Source of the DNA: an uncultured Dehalococcoidales bacterium
GTDB lineage: Bacteria; Chloroflexota; Dehalococcoidia; E44-bin15
Reading direction: 5' to 3'
Assembly (NCBI GenBank): GCA_964443325.1
Contig: CAYUCL010000003.1
Coordinates: 33,961-97,960 of the forward strand
Length of the DNA stretch: 64,000 nt
Part shown: piece after piece, positions 47,047-56,147 of the stretch
Numbering within the stretch: the first letter of the stretch is position 1
How the letters are laid out: the number at the start of each line of letters is the position of its first letter
Notes under the pieces: model-generated
Database searches by the model: none
What the model saw: the letters and a program-made list of their open reading frames with translations, nothing else
Told to the model about the DNA's origin: nothing
Translations under genes and position numbers: made by a program

Positions 47047-49578
47047 CTAGCCCAGTCCTTGCACTGTCCTCTGGATAATATTGTCCTGTGTCTTGCGGCT
47101 GATGTCCACAAAATGGGCGCTGTACCCAGCCACCCGCACTATCAACTCCTGGTACTTCTCCGGCTCCCGCTGCGCCGCCCGCAACGTGGCATCATCTACC
47201 ATGTTGAACTGCACATGGTCCAGCCCCAGGTCAGCCCATGTCTTCATGTACGCCTTCCATAGCTGATACCCCTTCTCCCCCGCTAGCTGCGTCGGAGAAA
47301 GCCGCTGGTTCAACAGGAACGCCCGGCCATCGCTGATGTGGTTTATCTTGCCGCATGACTTCAGCACCGCTGTTGGCCCCTTCTTGTCAAGTCCAGGGCC
47401 TGGTGAAAGGCCTCCGTCGTAGAGGGCGTCGCCCAGCCTCCTGCCATTGGGCAAGGCATGTACCCTATTGGAGAAATGGATGTTGCCGCTCACATTCTCC
47501 GGCAGCACCGGCCATGGGTTTCCGCAAGGGTCCTTCAACTCGTGGGAGTGTCGGCTTATTTCGTGCAAGCAGCGCACCATTATATCGTCCACGTAGTCTT
47601 CATCATTGCCCCACTTGGGAGCTCTCTTGACGAAGTCAAGCCGTATTTCCTCGTAGCCCTCCCAGTTGGCTTCAAGGGCGGTTATCAACTGGTCCATTGA
47701 GTACTTCTTATCTTCAAATACGAGCTTCTTCACCGCCGCCAGAGCATCTACATTCTCTACCCATGTGAAGAAGGTAACCCAGCTATTGCCTCGCTCACCA
47801 GACCTTGGGTCGACTGTGTCCCAACCGCTGTCCACCGACCTCTCGGAGATGCCCGACAAGAATGGACGACCGAAACTCTTATAGGAATTCGCCCGCCCGG
47901 CGTTAACGATGCGCACCCCAAAGTTCATCAACCACTCCATCTGTTTGACCCACGCCTCAAACAATTGCTCAAAGTCGGTGAACTGACGCGCATCGCCAGT
48001 CTTCGGCCCTATCTGCATCTGCATACAATGGTCATATCCATTATGGAGGGCATACTCGATCATCTTTGCGGCGTTCATAGTCGCCGATGCCATTCGGCAC
48101 GGCTGATAGCCATACTTGGTGGTGGGAGCGGGCGACATGCACGCCTGGTGCACCCATGTCCTCATCTCCTCCAGAGGGTGATTATGCCAGTACATCCCAT
48201 TTTGAATCAGGATGGGGTCATTGCGAATCGAGGGATAGCCCAGACCATGCCTGATACACTCGAATATCTCCCGCATTACCTCATCTTTTACCTGAGGATG
48301 CCAGCGGAAGCCAAAGGTAGGGTTGGACACCCGCACCATCCTCGCCGCCTGCAGGAACGCTGTCGTCAGGTCGGTACATGCATCACTACCATCCTTATTT
48401 ACCCCACCCAGAGTCCACACCCAGGTGCCTACTATGCCCTGCAGCGCTTCGGCTCCACCTCGGCCTAAAAAGTGGCCCATTTCGTAGGCTCGGATGAGGG
48501 ACTCCCCTACCAGGTCGAGCGCTTCGTCCTTGGTGAGTGTCTTATCTATATTCACATCCTTGTTGTAATAGGGCCAGCCATAGTAGTCCGGTCGTGTAGG
48601 CCACGCCGACTCAAATTCCTCCAGTCTGGTCCAGGTTTGTATGAAGTGCTGCATCTGCAAATGCTCCTGGAAGGTTCTGGCCGGCTTCGCCGGCACCCGC
48701 TCGCAGGTTTCGGCGACCTTCAGCAGCTCCTCCTTGCGCCTGGCATCCGGTTCATAGTTCTCCGCTATAATCCGCGCCAGCCTTGCATATCGCTTAGCGT
48801 GATTGATGCAACCCTCCAGTGCGATCTGCATCGCCTCCCAGTTGGGCAGCTTCTCGTAAATGTCAAGCTCAGCACCATCGGGCGTGCCATCTAGCTGATC
48901 CTCACCCTCATCGATCTTCACCTGGATGTCGTTGATCATATCCTCGAATCCCTTGCCACCACCCACCTCCTGGTTCTTACCAAATATGTACTCATAATCT
49001 TTACCGGAATAACCATAGCTGCCACCGAAAGGAAAACCCCACATGAGCGCCCCTGTAATGTACTTCCCCACATCCTCAGACCTGAGAATCTTGAACATCT
49101 CCTTTATATGACCCTGAGTGCCCCAGTAGTTGGCGACATCAGACATAATCTGTAAGGATTCCTCCTTCGGCTCAGGGATGATGATCGGATCATTGTAGAT
49201 CTCACCACCCATCATCTGCGCATTGGCATACAGGGTGTTCGGAAGGTTACCCTCAGTAGCTACAAGCTGTGCATGATCGCTTATGAAAACAGTCCTGTTT
49301 TCCATCATATAGGCCAGAGCCTTCGCCCTCCTCAGCATGAGGGGGTTACCTTCGCTCGCCTTCCAGCCCTCGGTGTATAGCTGTGGGCTTTCCAGGTCAA
49401 TCTTTAGACCCTGTTCATACGCCCCTCCCCTTCGCCCCTTTTTCCACACCGCTTTCCTCAGGTAGTCCAGCCTCGGCGACCTCTTCTTCTCCGCCGCCCA
49501 CCACCACGCCCTTTCCGTCTCGAGCTCATCTACAGACTTATCTGGCGCTGCACTTTGCTTTGCTATTATTTCCGCCAT
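47047..49578 (-). CDS. glycyl radical enzyme, X-succinate synthase (fumarate-adding enzyme, BssA/AssA-like) catalytic subunit candidate
   Basis: 843 aa. Glycyl radical loop RVAGYSAHFVDI at the C-terminus, Cys loop HQACMSPAP, GND(E)D block, and multiple blocks recalled as BssA-like (see findings). Confidence 0.7.
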   Translation of the reverse strand: MAEIIAKQSAAPDKSVDELETERAWWWAAEKKRSPRLDYLRKAVWKKGRRGGAYEQGLKIDLESPQLYTEGWKASEGNPLMLRRAKALAYMMENRTVFISDHAQLVATEGNLPNTLYANAQMMGGEIYNDPIIIPEPKEESLQIMSDVANYWGTQGHIKEMFKILRSEDVGKYITGALMWGFPFGGSYGYSGKDYEYIFGKNQEVGGGKGFEDMINDIQVKIDEGEDQLDGTPDGAELDIYEKLPNWEAMQIALEGCINHAKRYARLARIIAENYEPDARRKEELLKVAETCERVPAKPARTFQEHLQMQHFIQTWTRLEEFESAWPTRPDYYGWPYYNKDVNIDKTLTKDEALDLVGESLIRAYEMGHFLGRGGAEALQGIVGTWVWTLGGVNKDGSDACTDLTTAFLQAARMVRVSNPTFGFRWHPQVKDEVMREIFECIRHGLGYPSIRNDPILIQNGMYWHNHPLEEMRTWVHQACMSPAPTTKYGYQPCRMASATMNAAKMIEYALHNGYDHCMQMQIGPKTGDARQFTDFEQLFEAWVKQMEWLMNFGVRIVNAGRANSYKSFGRPFLSGISERSVDSGWDTVDPRSGERGNSWVTFFTWVENVDALAAVKKLVFEDKKYSMDQLITALEANWEGYEEIRLDFVKRAPKWGNDEDYVDDIMVRCLHEISRHSHELKDPCGNPWPVLPENVSGNIHFSNRVHALPNGRRLGDALYDGGLSPGPGLDKKGPTAVLKSCGKINHISDGRAFLLNQRLSPTQLAGEKGYQLWKAYMKTWADLGLDHVQFNMVDDATLRAAQREPEKYQELIVRVAGYSAHFVDISRKTQDNIIQRTVQGLG

Positions 49579-49678
49579 TTACCTTACCTCCCGGTTTTTA
49601 CTCACGCCCCTGCAATCAGGGTAATCACCACTAGACTGCCACCAGCTTGCTCTTTTCTCGCTACCCCCCAACCCTGCG

Positions 49679-50035
49679 TCACTTCATCAACTGCCTTTGG
49701 TGACGACTATACCGCGGGTCGAATGCCTCTCCAATATCAGTGTCGATAAGCTCCATCTCTTTATAATACTTACACTTGCTGGCATCCATCTTTATATCTG
49801 ACATCAAGTTCACTTCACCATCCAGCACAAACACCGGCGGCTCGCTCTCAATCTGAGAACCCATTTTCAAAACGAGACAGTGACCGGCGGTAAGTCCGGC
49901 AGAAGCGAAAAAGTTCTTGCATTTCCCGCATGCCTTTTCGGGTATATACTCCCTCTCTTCTACAGTTTTGCCCAGCTCTTGCATACTCAAATAGCCCTGC
50001 TTCACCTGATCCCATTCACTCTTTCTCCTCGGCAT
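49679..50035 (-). CDS. small Cys-containing protein (118 aa), candidate Fe-S small subunit (BssC/AssC-like position) of the GRE
   Basis: ATG at 50035 with an AAGGAGG RBS. Four Cys residues (CGKC...GHC...SKC). Immediately upstream of the GRE gene on the same strand, 101-nt gap. Confidence 0.35.
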   Translation of the reverse strand: MPRRKSEWDQVKQGYLSMQELGKTVEEREYIPEKACGKCKNFFASAGLTAGHCLVLKMGSQIESEPPVFVLDGEVNLMSDIKMDASKCKYYKEMELIDTDIGEAFDPRYSRHQRQLMK

Positions 50036-50080
50036 GCCACCCTCCTTTCCGTTATCTCCATATATCAAAACTGTAATGCT

Positions 50081-50110
50081 ATTTTGAAATAACCATGCTG
50101 GCTTGTCAAT
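50081..50110 (-). promoter_or_regulatory. candidate promoter for the small-subunit/GRE operon (minus strand TTGACA, 18-bp spacer, CAAAAT)
   Basis: TGTCAA at 50105-50110 and ATTTTG at 50081-50086 on the plus strand, about 45 nt upstream of the ATG at 50035. Confidence 0.3.
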
Positions 50111-50255
50111 TCTTTCCTATTAGCTAAGCCAATATTAAATGATTTTGTCATAATCTAACTATTCTGGATAAATGTGATGTGAGGTCAAGGCATTAACACT
50201 TGAGGTTGGGTTTCTAACTGCTATTCACATTTCCCTTAGATTTGAGGCCTTGTTG

Positions 50256-51434
50256 CTACTGCCGGCTTAGCTCGACGAACCCGGTCTCCTCCACACAGGT
50301 ATCCGTGCCATATATCCGCTTCTTCCAACGGACACTACCACCGACCACCCGCAGCGCACCGGCATACAGTGCAGCCAGATAAAGAAATGAGAATCCAAAC
50401 GGGTGCAGTAGAGTCGAAACAGGCGACTCCTTGAAGCGATTGTGCACAAGCCAGCGCATACTTATTATGGCAACCACCTGAAAAAATATAACGCCTCGTA
50501 TTTCAATTGGAGTAGCATTCAAAACAAGTACGTTCCAAAGCGAGTAGAAGGGAGCTAAAAAGAAAATGTAGCCCGCTACAAACATCCCAACATACCCCAC
50601 CGGCGATATTGCTGCTATTGGATAAAGCGACCTGACAAGCCCCTCCCACATCGCTCCTACGCTCCGGTACATATTGCATGAAACCACCGGCGATAAATCA
50701 ATTGCCATATGCCGCCCGCCATGTCGGCAGACCTCCGCACCCAGCCAGACATCTTCAATTATTTTGGACTTCACCGCCTCATGTCCGCCAATGTGCCAGT
50801 ATGCCTCTGTCGGGAAAAGCATGAACTGACCTATAGCCAGTGACGGTTTCGGCTTCTTGCAGCGCTGAAGCCACCACAATGGTAACCAGCTCATGATAAT
50901 AAAGTATATGACTGGAATTGCCACCTTCTGAGGTAAAGAAGTGGTAAGCTGACGGGGAAGCCCAGATAACAGCGCAGGTTTTGATTTAAGAGCCAAGGCA
51001 AGCACACTGCGTAGCATATGGGGAGCATGAGTGGTATCAGCATCGATAAACAGCAGCCATGAACCTCCAGCCACCTTGGCCAATTGGTGGCAGGCGAAGG
51101 GCTTGCCTGCCCAGCCTTCATCACGAGGTTCGCCCCTGAGCAGTCGGATACGGCTGTCAGTAGCCGCCATCTGTTGCACGATATGAGCCGTATTATCCGA
51201 GGAGTCGTCATCCAGCACCAGAATCTCAAAATTGGGATAATCCTGTTTCTTCAGACACTCTAGACAGTTCCCGATGTTCGCTTCCTCATCCCTGGCGGGA
51301 ATAAGAACAGATATGAGAGGTGCTGGATCGGCTATGACGCCATCAGCCAGTGGTCTCTTGAGGGATCTCAAATTGAGAACAAGATTAAACACAAAGATAA
51401 GGAGGCCTGCGGCTATGACCATCTGATATATCAT
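50256..51434 (-). CDS. glycosyltransferase family 2 membrane protein
   Basis: SVLIPARDEE...LDDDSSD...FIDADT GT2 motifs, with N- and C-terminal TM helices. Confidence 0.7.
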   Translation of the reverse strand: MIYQMVIAAGLLIFVFNLVLNLRSLKRPLADGVIADPAPLISVLIPARDEEANIGNCLECLKKQDYPNFEILVLDDDSSDNTAHIVQQMAATDSRIRLLRGEPRDEGWAGKPFACHQLAKVAGGSWLLFIDADTTHAPHMLRSVLALALKSKPALLSGLPRQLTTSLPQKVAIPVIYFIIMSWLPLWWLQRCKKPKPSLAIGQFMLFPTEAYWHIGGHEAVKSKIIEDVWLGAEVCRHGGRHMAIDLSPVVSCNMYRSVGAMWEGLVRSLYPIAAISPVGYVGMFVAGYIFFLAPFYSLWNVLVLNATPIEIRGVIFFQVVAIISMRWLVHNRFKESPVSTLLHPFGFSFLYLAALYAGALRVVGGSVRWKKRIYGTDTCVEETGFVELSRQ

Positions 51435-51457
51435 GCTCTCGTCCTGCGATTGCTAAC

Positions 51458-52084
51458 TCAGGTTTCTCGCCCCTTTATTTGAAGCCAACCAATCAGCCTT
51501 CCGTTAAGGCTGGGAATAGTCTGCAACTCACGATAATGCTTCAGTGCCAATATTGCAAGCACACACAGCATGAACAACGATTCCCAGGGTCTTGCCCCCA
51601 TAATTGCAAGGCAAGCCAATGAACCCGCTGCGGTGAGTATGACTGCCCATGCGTCAGTACGTACGAAAAGGAAAGCTAACACCATTAGGACGGTAAACGT
51701 AGCCAGTATCTCGTACTGAGGCAGCGCCAGCATGACACCAAAAGTGATAGCTATCGCTTTACCCCCTCTGAAGCGGAGCAGGGGGGAGAAGGCATGTCCC
51801 AATATCGCACTCACTGCGACCGCCATAACTGCCGGCTCTGACAAACTAAAAAACCAGTGCGCCAGCGCTACGAATGGCACACCTTTCAATATGTCCAAGC
51901 CCAATGCAAGGGAACCAAGCTTACGGCCTCCAGATCGGAACACATTGGCAGAACCGGGATTGCCATCTCCGTAATCTCTTATATCTTTACCCAGGCGCCA
52001 CCGGCCAATCCACACCGAAAACGGGCATGCACCTAGCGAGAAGGCGCCCAGAGCTAGCAGTAGAAAACAGAATAAATCCCCCAT
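51458..52084 (-). CDS. plsY: glycerol-3-phosphate acyltransferase PlsY
   Basis: DGNPGSANVFRSGG and LDILKG signature, 208 aa, five TM helices. Confidence 0.8.
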   Translation of the reverse strand: MGDLFCFLLLALGAFSLGACPFSVWIGRWRLGKDIRDYGDGNPGSANVFRSGGRKLGSLALGLDILKGVPFVALAHWFFSLSEPAVMAVAVSAILGHAFSPLLRFRGGKAIAITFGVMLALPQYEILATFTVLMVLAFLFVRTDAWAVILTAAGSLACLAIMGARPWESLFMLCVLAILALKHYRELQTIPSLNGRLIGWLQIKGRET

Positions 52085-52648
52085 TTGAATGCTCTCGATA
52101 GAAATTGCTCAGATACCTTGCTTTTCTACGCGTAACATAAACCATAACCCCATTGTTAGTCAATAGCAGAAAAGGTACCTTAATCCGTGGATTCTTCTTG
52201 AGGGCTGAGGGAGTCCTCTCCCTCAGCTTTCGTGAAGGAATCCTTCACAGAAGGACCTTCACGCCTCAGAAAAAACCAACTAACAGACGAGTCTTTTGAA
52301 TCCGAACTCACAGACCAAGGAGGTAGGTGCCAGAGATATTTTGCCAACCATAAACCGGGCCATAATGACAGATAACACCTTATATCTTAAGATAACTTTA
52401 TACGGTTAATAGGAGCGTAGGCTGTTCTCTCGGACCACTTTCGGCCAGTTTGTGAGACCCCATGCTGCCGATGCCACCTGGTATGTTGAATGTGCTATAA
52501 TTCCGCGAGGGGCTTAAGGCAGAGTGTTTTGCATTCTGCCACTACGAACGACCAGGCATGCAAAATCTACGCTTGATAGCGTGTCAAAGCTATACAAGCA
52601 GGCAGAGCTTGGTCAGTATTGCTACATATACAACGGGGGGCTGATTGT

Positions 52649-53542
52649 ATGAATCATAAATGGCAGCATCGTTTTGTGAATACAAATGGAATCCGTATGC
52701 ACTACGTTGAGCAGGGAGAGGGTTTCCCCGTGCTCCTCCTCCATGGTTTTCCCGAGCTTTGGTATTCATGGAGATACCAGATACCGGAGTTGGCCAATGC
52801 CGGCTTCCACGCCATTGCACCCGACCTGCGCGGCTATGGTGAGACAGACAAGCCTGAGGGCATCGAGTCCTATGACATCCATCATTTGATTGGAGACCTG
52901 GTAGGTTTACTTGATGCTCTTGAGTTGGAGCGCGCAGTGATTGTAGGGCATGATTGGGGTGGCATTATTACCTGGCAGATGGCTTTGATATGTCCAGAGC
53001 GCGTTGAGCGAGTGATCTCACTGAATACTCCTTTCCAACTTCACGGCCCCGTGCGGCCAACAGAGGCCTTCAGCCAAACCCCTGACGGCCGGTTCAACTA
53101 TATCATCTATTTTCAGCAGCCGGGACAGGCCGAAGCGGATATTGAGCCTAATATAGAGGCCTTTTTGGAAACGACGATGCGCCGTCTCGCCACAGAAGAA
53201 AGCTTCATTACCGAGGAGACCCTCAAGGTCTTTTCTAATGCCTTCCACAAAGGGGGCCTAACTGGCCCGATTAATTACTATCGCAACTTCGACCGCAACT
53301 GGGAGACAACCGCTCATCTCACAGGCCGCAAAGTCACTATGCCCGCACTCATGATTTGCGCCGAAAATGACTCGATACTCACACCACAAATGACGAATGG
53401 TATGGAACGTCATGTTCCCAATCTCACCACTCGCCTGGTTAAGAATTGCGGGCACTGGACCCAGCAAGAGCGACCCGACGAGGTCAACCGCCTGATCATA
53501 GAATTCCTTCACGACCTGAAGAGGAGGCGAGACAATGTTTGA
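52649..53542 (+). CDS. alpha/beta hydrolase, epoxide hydrolase / haloalkane dehalogenase-like
   Basis: HGFPELWYSWRYQ motif and GHDWGG nucleophile elbow. The start at the internal Met is preceded by a G-rich RBS. Confidence 0.75.
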   Translation: MNHKWQHRFVNTNGIRMHYVEQGEGFPVLLLHGFPELWYSWRYQIPELANAGFHAIAPDLRGYGETDKPEGIESYDIHHLIGDLVGLLDALELERAVIVGHDWGGIITWQMALICPERVERVISLNTPFQLHGPVRPTEAFSQTPDGRFNYIIYFQQPGQAEADIEPNIEAFLETTMRRLATEESFITEETLKVFSNAFHKGGLTGPINYYRNFDRNWETTAHLTGRKVTMPALMICAENDSILTPQMTNGMERHVPNLTTRLVKNCGHWTQQERPDEVNRLIIEFLHDLKRRRDNV

Positions 53543-54563
53543 ACTAATATTTGATGAAAAGAAATGCTTGGCTTGCCAGACTTGTGATTGTCTCACCAAG
53601 TGCCAGTATATGGATATAGACATAGATACAGCGAAAACAGAGATGAGGAAGATAATCAACGGTGAAGATTCTTTCGTATTACACCAGTGCGTAACATGCT
53701 ATGCCTGCGAGGAATACTGCAAAATGGGGAACCACCCCTTCTATCTAATCGCTGAGCGCCAGGAAGAACTGGGCATACCGCCTACGCCCAAGCCTGTTAT
53801 CAGGCAATGGGTTCAATTGGCTATCCCGCAGATGGGAGAACTCAAGATTGAACAGGTTAAGGAGCCGGTTCTCAGTATGTGCATGTTCGGTCAGCTTGCT
53901 GGTTCAATCCAGGGGAAACTGTTTGACGGTGTCTCCATTCTACCAAGGGAGAATCAAGAAGGGATGCAATTCTTCTGTCAGTTGATGTACCTGCACTTTG
54001 CCAGGACTTCCGTAATAAAAGAGAGGCTCCCGAGGATAATAGAGAACATCACCAAGCACAATATCACAGAGCTCATATGCTTCCACGACGAGTGCTACGG
54101 TACCTTTACCTCATACGCACCTGCCGTGGGCATCGAAGTCCCGTTCAAACCAATTCATTTCTTTGAGTATCTGTACAACAGGCTAGTGGAACTCAAGGAC
54201 GACATAAAACCGCTGAATTTGAAGGTGGCTTATCAGCGTCCCTGCTCGTCCAGGCTTTCCCCAGAAAAACTCCACTTCGTCGACGATATCTTCAACCTGA
54301 TAGGGGTGGAGAGCGTCAAAAGAGAGTATGTTGGCGAGAATGCCCTATGCTGCGGAGCACCTATCAGAGGACAGAGAAAGGAAGGAAGCCGTCAACTCGC
54401 TATTGATTTGCAGCGGAGAAACATACAGGATATGATTGACGCTGGGGCCGAATTCTGCGTTTTCAACTGCCCCTATTGCTTCCTTACCCTGTCGGAGCGC
54501 GTTACCAAGAGCGGCTTGAAGCCCGTCTTTATGGGCGACCTTTGCCGGCTCGCCGTTGGCTAG
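53535..54563 (+). CDS. Fe-S oxidoreductase with two ferredoxin-type Cys clusters and a C-terminal CCG domain (HdrD/GlpC/LutA-like)
   Basis: CLACQTCDCLTKC, CVTCYACEEYC, LCCGAP and CVFNCPYC motifs. ATGTTTGA overlap with the upstream hydrolase gene. Confidence 0.7.
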   Translation: MFELIFDEKKCLACQTCDCLTKCQYMDIDIDTAKTEMRKIINGEDSFVLHQCVTCYACEEYCKMGNHPFYLIAERQEELGIPPTPKPVIRQWVQLAIPQMGELKIEQVKEPVLSMCMFGQLAGSIQGKLFDGVSILPRENQEGMQFFCQLMYLHFARTSVIKERLPRIIENITKHNITELICFHDECYGTFTSYAPAVGIEVPFKPIHFFEYLYNRLVELKDDIKPLNLKVAYQRPCSSRLSPEKLHFVDDIFNLIGVESVKREYVGENALCCGAPIRGQRKEGSRQLAIDLQRRNIQDMIDAGAEFCVFNCPYCFLTLSERVTKSGLKPVFMGDLCRLAVG

Positions 54564-54588
54564 AAACTAGCATAATGGAGATGATACT

Positions 54589-55968
54589 GTGGATTCAATA
54601 TTTAAATCATTAGCTGAAATAGTTGGAGAAAGTCACGTCTCCAGCCAACCAGAGGAGCTTTATATCTATTCTTATGACCTTGGCACGACTGAGCCTCATC
54701 GTCCGGACTATATAGTGGCGCCGAGGACGACTCATGAAGTGCAAGAAATAGTTAAGCTAGCAAATAGGGGGAAAATCCCGGTGGTTCCTCTTGGAGGCGG
54801 GTTGTCCCTAGCTGGTCTGGCTGTGCCTCAGCGGGGAGGCATCGTGCTGGACCTAAAGAGGATGGACACAATAATAGAGGTAAATGGAAAGGCAAGGTAT
54901 GTAGTTGTCGAGGCTGGCGTTTCACAGGGGCAGCTAATATCCTACCTGGAGAAGTACCACCCCAAACTGAGACACTCAGAGCCACAGGCACCAGGTCCAG
55001 CCACGATTGCGGGCAATGTAGCGATACACGGTCAAGGCGATCTGGCTCAGCCGTATGGCTTCAATTCCGATATGGTGAACGGGCTAGAGGTTGTCTTACC
55101 AACAGGAGAGTTGTGCAAAATCGGCTCCTGTTCAGTATCTCCCATTTGGTTCACCCTACACCCCTTGCCCGATTTAGGTCTCTTCCTCGGATGGTCTGGC
55201 ACCACGGGCATCATTACCAAGCTGTCGCTTAAGCTTTTCCCATCGAAAAGGATCAGGGAAGTGGAGCAGTTTATAGTCGAGGATGCGGAGCTGGTTCCAG
55301 AAATTATATACAAAATCAGTCACACAGAGATGGCTGAAGATATATTCGCCGGAACTCAAACGACCATTCCTGCTCGTATGGGTCTCCACCATGTAACTAT
55401 GTATATCACCGCTGATTCGGAAAAGGAACTCGAATTCAAGACAGGGTTAATCTGGGATGACGCACTCGGGGAATATATTCGGAATGGAGATGGGGGGTTC
55501 GTCGATTTACCACCCCCTATAAAAGCTCGCTTTACCGAGAGACCCAGTATGCTGCTGTCTACAGTCGCTGATGCCAAAGAGGGTGGAGGCTTTGAATATG
55601 TCGGGGGCATTATGCCAATGGAAACCTACCCTGAGTGCTGCAAGCGAGGGGCTGAGATCTGTTCCAGACACGATATTCCTCAACTGTTGATCGCGCGGGT
55701 TATTGGACGGTCTCACTCTATGATGTTTGCCTGGGCATATGTATTCAATCGCGCTGACCTTGAGAGCATCAGGCAAGCGAGGGAAGCCGTACATGAAACG
55801 GACGACCTTGTCCTGGAGTTGGGTGGGGCTATCTGGAAACCCGGCGTTTATGGACAGAGGCTAATGATGCAACGAATTGACCCTACTACTCTCAAACTCA
55901 TGGAGATGGTAAAGGGGCTTCTCGACCCTAACGGCATTATGAACCCTGGAAATTGGGAGGCAGTATAA
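54589..55968 (+). CDS. FAD-linked oxidase (GlcD / D-lactate dehydrogenase family)
   Basis: FAD_binding_4 region PRTTHEVQEIVKLANRGKIPVVPLGGGLS and a C-terminal FAD-oxidase_C region. GTG start. Confidence 0.8.
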   Translation: MDSIFKSLAEIVGESHVSSQPEELYIYSYDLGTTEPHRPDYIVAPRTTHEVQEIVKLANRGKIPVVPLGGGLSLAGLAVPQRGGIVLDLKRMDTIIEVNGKARYVVVEAGVSQGQLISYLEKYHPKLRHSEPQAPGPATIAGNVAIHGQGDLAQPYGFNSDMVNGLEVVLPTGELCKIGSCSVSPIWFTLHPLPDLGLFLGWSGTTGIITKLSLKLFPSKRIREVEQFIVEDAELVPEIIYKISHTEMAEDIFAGTQTTIPARMGLHHVTMYITADSEKELEFKTGLIWDDALGEYIRNGDGGFVDLPPPIKARFTERPSMLLSTVADAKEGGGFEYVGGIMPMETYPECCKRGAEICSRHDIPQLLIARVIGRSHSMMFAWAYVFNRADLESIRQAREAVHETDDLVLELGGAIWKPGVYGQRLMMQRIDPTTLKLMEMVKGLLDPNGIMNPGNWEAV

Positions 55969-56147
55969 TTGTTCTTGCAGACCGGTAAGATCTCTGCCTG
56001 CCGCACAGAGACAATAGCAGGTAGCCAACCCCTTGAATTCGTAGAATAATTTGACATAGTATTGTTCTCTGATAGAATGGTGCTGCTTGCCAGTTAGGAT
56101 ATTGCAGTAGTCTATCAATGTAGTAACACAAGCGAGGGGGTGAATTC

